Shown: piece by piece, positions 58,677 to 64,000 of the stretch
How the letters are laid out: every line of letters starts with the position of its first letter
How positions within the stretch are numbered: position 1 is the first letter of the stretch
Assembly (NCBI GenBank): GCA_020137815.1
Contig: CM035358.1
Span: 744,001 to 808,000, forward strand
DNA: 64,000 nucleotides
Origin: Hormiphora californensis
Taxonomy: Eukaryota; Animalia; Ctenophora
Direction: 5' to 3'
Translations under genes and position numbers: made by a program
Notes under the pieces: model-generated
The model's input: the letters and a program-made list of their open reading frames with translations, nothing else
What the model was told of the DNA's origin: nothing
Databases searched by the model: none

Positions 58677-61579
58677 TACTACATTTCTGAACTGAACCTC
58701 CCCCCCCTCAAACACACGTATATAGTTCTTGTAACAGAGGGAGCTAAAACACAAACACTGCATTCGAAGGAACTGTCTGCAGACTACTGCAGAAGAAGGA
58801 GCGGTTAGGCAGAGGAGAAAACTACTTAATCAGGATAAAGAGGTGCTGGTAGGAGAGGCAGCGGCGAAATTAATACACTTGAATATATTTTGGGCGAAAG
58901 AGAGGGGGAAGAGTAAGTAATATTACCCCTCTCCCACGATGCGGGAGAGTGACATTATTGTGCAATGAACGGCGATCCTTGATTGGTTAGGAAGGAAATG
59001 AGAATGACATACTACAACCGTATAATTGGAAAACTCAAGAGCTTATAGATTGGTAGACTAATTGCGTGCAGGAGATAAGAAGACTTTCCCAGGAATTATG
59101 TCATTTCGATATAAAGTTTCAAGTGCTATTTGGAGATATACAGTCTACTCTTGTCCCTCACTGAGGGCCCTCAGTCTACGTAGAGGGTACATTGTATCGC
59201 CAGTATCACCAGTTCACCTGCCAGGCCAATGCTCTGACAGGTGAACTGGCGATACTGGCGATTGATACTGGCGATTGAATGCTCTGACAGCAGTTCACTG
59301 AACTGTCTGAATAAAGAAAAGAAGGAGGGCAACGTCGAAAACGCTCTGCAGAAATGTTTCAATTCATCATTGTGTGACTATACACGTGCACATTAGGTGC
59401 CATATCAGTACTGCGATAGTATATCAACAGAGCGATATATATTTGTCGAAGCATTATAGCAAGATAAACAACGATATATAATAGTGGAACTAAATCAATA
59501 AATTGACAGAAAACTGTGTGAGCACTAAGTAAGAATTAAGTACCACTTCTTACTAAGAAGTAGCACATGAACAGTATTCTGTGAATACGCGGTCATTATA
59601 TTACCATGTCAATTACGCATACAGTAAAAAAGTACTGGCTAATTTTCCACAGCATTAATTATAGACCACACACACAACCATTTGAACGGCTTCTGATAAT
59701 TTGCACGTACCATCCATATCGAGTATGTATTGTATATGTCCGATTGTAGTTTTGTCACGGAGTCAACAGCCAACTGGTGGGTGAACCGTTTTACCCTAGA
59801 GTATGGCCTGCTCAGCACTACCAAGGAGTGTTACCGATATCACATGGTTAGTATAACACGTGCAACAACATGACAGAAGGGTGATAGCACAGCGTGCGAT
59901 ATGACAGAAGGGTACCGATGGAAGAGGCTGAGGGAGGCAACGCTTACCAAACCAGTTAATACTCTCCGGAGGGTATCTACTAATGCCGCCCCGCCCAAAT
60001 CTCCCATTAACCACGGGTTGGGAGACCTAGTGCTGGAGACATATAGAATTCATATGGTAAGATAGAGGTGGAGGAGACAACTGAAGTTGTCGTCGTGACA
60101 ACTGAAGTTCTTCGCTGCATGCTATTTGAACACGGAGTATAATGTCAGATCTGCATGTCAATTAATTAATTAATTCCTCAACTATATGAAACGTGCAACT
60201 GGTATAATATGTACCGCATGTTGTAGATCATAATATCATCCTAGCAGACTATCCCCCCAAAATCTTAATCCGGAGATTAGTTTTCAAAGATCTAGGTGAT
60301 TTTTAGGCTTCTTTCGCTGGGCAATTTCTCAGGGGCAAGAACCTATAACTACGGTCTATCTCTAGATGTTCTCTCTCTCTATCTCTTTCTATCTCTCTCT
60401 CTCTCCTATCAATTTCTACCAATCACATCTGATAGAACAACAGGGATATCACAGATCAGGTGGGCGGCGTGACACTTCTCATCGGCTGATATCTCTTAAG
60501 TGCATTTGTGCGTTTATCACCGCGTCAGATATCTCTGATATCTAGATCCCAATTCTCAACTTCTATATCTTGATTCGTTATCGTTCGTGCTGGACACGGA
60601 ACCGTTGAAGTATCTGATCGATGATGCGTAGTCGGAGTAATTCCCACAAGTTTCTCGAGTTTATTAGCAATGTGGATCGGGTTAGGCTTCGCCTCATTTC
60701 CCAGGTCAAACGATGAACTGCAGTGAACAATTCACTGCAGTGCATAGTTCACTGAATATATTCTTTAGTGAATATCTTATACAACCAATTCACTGATTAT
60801 TTAACGTTATCTTTCCACTTTAAGTGTGTTCATTGTTCAATTTATGCATTGGAGCTGAATTTTTGTGCATGCGTGCTGAAGCTGAAACAAATGATATTTC
60901 TAAAACTCAGATCGTTTTTGCCACACTGAAACGTAACACCTTCTTCGTCTCTTTCAGAAACTTCAGCATGATTTTGTGAACATAGCTGCAGAACAGGGTA
61001 AGTACTATGTTGCTATTCCTAACTATTAAACCACCTTTTTCTATTCCTTTCCACTACTCTGACTTGGTACTCCCAATATATGTGTACTACTAGTCATTGT
61101 CTAGTCACCGTCACCGTCACTCATGACGATCAAAGTATGCAGTTAGTGTCAGTCCATAGGTGGAAAACAGTCGTGCCTGAACCTCAGGTTCAGGCCACGG
61201 CTATTTTCCACTGAGACCTGAGATCTCAGGTTTTAGTGACGGTAAAACATATATTTCTGTCATAGTCTGGCGGTATAAAAGGCCCATTTAGAAAGATCGA
61301 TCGGGTACAACACTCTATGATCTATGATGTAATTCCCCTGACTTTTACCGAAATTTACCTCTCGTCAGTGGTGCAATCCAATCAGGTGAATTTAGAACGC
61401 CCACCACTTCACAGAAGCTAGAACGGGAGTTATTTAAGTTCATAGGGAGTTGGTTAATCAACAAGTAGGCTGGGAGAAGAGAGAAGAGAGACTGGGGGGA
61501 GAAAGAGAGGGAGAGTTGAAGAGGGTATAGTCGGAGCTGTGAAAAGGCGGTGGTACTATATTAACTACAAAGAAGAGAC

Positions 61580-61671
<92 letters not shown>

Positions 61672-61682
61672 AGATGAGAGAG

Positions 61683-61750
<68 letters not shown>

Positions 61751-63086
61751 GGGGCGGTTGGATGGTTTAATCAGAAGCCAAGAAAGATGGGTCAACATAA
61801 AAAAGGTTTCCCAATATATAAGAGCCATTCATAGGATAGTGATCGATCTCTTGGGAGAGAGAGAGAGATAGACGGAGAGTGAGAAAGAGAGTGAGACTGA
61901 TCGATCTTTTGGGAGAGTAAGAGAGATAGGTAGAATGAGAGTGAGTGAGAGTGAGTGAGAGTGAGTGAGATTGATATAATAGAAAGAAAGGACAGGAATA
62001 AAGTAAAGAGAGAGAACAACAAGTGCTATCCTTCTCCCTGGCATAGCTTGTGAACATCCCTCTATATTGGTGGAGTGACATGCGTTGTTTTAGTACGGTC
62101 ATCCCCCTACGGAATGGGAATTTCCTCTTCCTATTTACGCCCAATTGCCGGGATGTGGTGTATTGTAATAGGAAGTTGTTAGACCAAAATAGTCTCAATG
62201 GGACCCTGCCCACTGCAGTTCAAGCTACCGTTAGCCCCGAAACCCTTCACTTGCTAGCATCAGGTAATCCCCTTTGAGGGCAATAAATCATATATTTTTT
62301 GTCACAAGCTAGTTTTATTATGGGCCTAAAAGAGCTTTACAAGTTAATTTACAAAAGTATCAAATCTAGAACAGCTTTATAGGACATTCTCAACTCAAAA
62401 GTAGATTATATTCAACAGACCGGTCTGAGAGATATCTCTCTCCAATGAGATATTACTAAGGAGAGTAGGGATTAGATATTTCGAGATCCTAAATCGAGCA
62501 CTGAGACGAAACGTTTTATCCGACTTCTGACGTTGCATAGTTAAGGATTTAATACTCTGCTCTTGCAAGTTCAGATTGAAGAATAATTTAGTACCTGCTC
62601 GGTTTAAATACCCATTACTAGTGGGATCCATTTCACTAATTGAGGGGTGTGGGAATTTCCTAGAAAGGGGACTATGGGATTTTCCTAGTAAAAGGAGAGT
62701 TGTGACTTTTTGAACAAAGGAAATGAATTCTTTACAAGAATGCACCATCCATTAATTACAGTATGCATTTGTAACACAACTATGAGCCAGTTATCTAAGT
62801 GGTTTAAGAGCCTTCCAAAGCCACGAGCAACCCAATCAAAGAAAGTGGTCAAGTTATATTTCTTTAAAAGCTTCAATGCTACAATATAGCTCTTTACACA
62901 TCACGTTTTCTCGAACGGGACTCATTATTTAGATTAAGAACGTGTTGCAAAGATGAAAAATATATAATATCAAAAGAAACCATACTAAACCTTTCTTGGA
63001 ATAAAATCCTTTTCGTTGAAAAACTTCCAATATCGTTTCGCATGGAATGGCTATCACGCTAGGTTCACGCCCTATTTCATTTTCAG

Positions 63087-63214
63087 GCGAACAAAATAGG
63101 GAACACAGGAACACCAAGATTCGAGAGTGGTTCAAAGACAACTTTACAAAGTATGCCAACAAAAATGGTGAAATATCCAGACAAAAGTGGCTACAGGCCG
63201 TCAGATCATTAACG
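63087..63214 (+). CDS. Orphan exon with EF-hand-like helix-loop-helix (NOX5 N-terminus-like pattern)
   Basis: TTTTCAG acceptor, GTAAGT donor; translation EQNREHRNTKIREWFKDNFTKYANKNGEISRQKWLQAVRSLT. Possible upstream exons at 60958-60997 and ending at ~62263. Confidence 0.5.
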
Positions 63215-63263
63215 GTAAGTGGAAATAGAAATATGGGACCGGCCTCACACAATGGTCCCGTTA

Positions 63264-63620
63264 CCCCCTAGTTCCATGGGCAGAACTCCGCAAAAGGATC
63301 TGCCGTTTGAAAGTGAGCACTTCGGTTCCACGGGAAGAAAAATACTGACACACAGCCGCACAAACTTCGTGTGAGATGGTTTTTCACGCCCTAATTAAGC
63401 ATGGTGTGAAAGAGAGATCTACTGAGTTATTTCATTGATCAATTAGATGTGTGAATAACACCCTCCCGAGGGGCTACCAAAAAGGCCGAATTACGCCTTT
63501 TAGGCGTAATTCGGCCTGTGCACAAGGCGTAATTCTGCGGCGTAATTCGGCCGCAGAATTCAGCCTAAAAGGCGTAATTCAGCCTAAATTTGGCCGAATT
63601 CTGCCCATGGAACAAGGGTG
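63264..63620. mobile_element. CMC/CACTA-like MITE
   Basis: TIR C(C/A)CCCT(A/T)GTTCCATGGGCAGAA, 3-bp TSD TTA, subterminal GGCGTAATTC repeats. Confidence 0.7.
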
Positions 63621-63877
63621 TTAGCATCTAATATTAACGGTTTAACGGTATTAATGGCTGGCAAATGGGTGGTAAGAGATGGTCTTTCCATTCACACTTC
63701 TAATGTTCCCTACTTATGGGAGCGGGATTGTCGATTGAGATTGCCAATAACCAGTCTCCCCAGCCCAGCCACTAATGTGCTACTCGAGTACGTGCAATAT
63801 TTTGTTTTGGTGCCGGTCCTAGACCCCCACAGAGAGAGTGAGAGAGAGAGAGAGATTCTCTATGTGCATATTCTAAT

Positions 63878-64000
63878 GTAATTGAAATAATGGAGGAGTC
63901 CCTTACCATAAGAGCAACCAGGGGCTGCCCACAAGGAGGAATACTATCCCCATTCCTGTGGAACCTGGTAATGGACGACCTCCTAAACCATAGCAAAAAG
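63878..64000 (+). mobile_element. 5'-truncated LINE reverse transcriptase fragment (R1/LOA-like), continues past window
   Basis: Translates as ..ESLTIRATRGCPQGGILSPFLWNLVMDDLL.. Confidence 0.85.

Noticed and set aside
62030-62330. Minus-strand frame that stays open if TGA=Trp (mitovirus/NUMT idea)
   Set aside because: No RdRp or mitochondrial motifs are recognisable.

Overview
This is eukaryotic, intron-rich animal DNA with abundant (AG)n microsatellites, most likely from a pleurobrachiid ctenophore. That assignment rests on two near-perfect genomic copies of the ctenophore spliced leader, AAACTTTTCAACACTACTTTAAACAAATTAATTTGAG (recalled from the literature, to be verified). Genes were spliced by hand: the 3' part of a Haspin kinase with an L2 LINE in one intron; an RRM + RS-rich splicing-factor-like gene starting 187 bp after the Haspin stop; a 16-exon ERICH6/FAM194 gene on the minus strand that hosts two antisense nested genes (a K2P potassium channel and a small Cys-rich type I membrane protein); two divergent rhodopsin-class GPCRs; and several orphan exons. 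The window also holds many non-autonomous DNA transposons with readable TSDs, several of them near-perfect palindromes. Most interesting signals: (1) a spliced leader fused directly to a minimal, Penelope-type hammerhead ribozyme core, with a second family copy that lacks the core; (2) further spliced-leader relics, one just upstream of the ERICH6 start; (3) minisatellites repeatedly seeded at splice sites, giving arrays of up to 10-13 donor or acceptor copies; (4) a probable trans-spliced operon junction; (5) a foldback element whose terminal hairpin cores lie in direct orientation. All family assignments come from motif recognition by eye; no searches were run.
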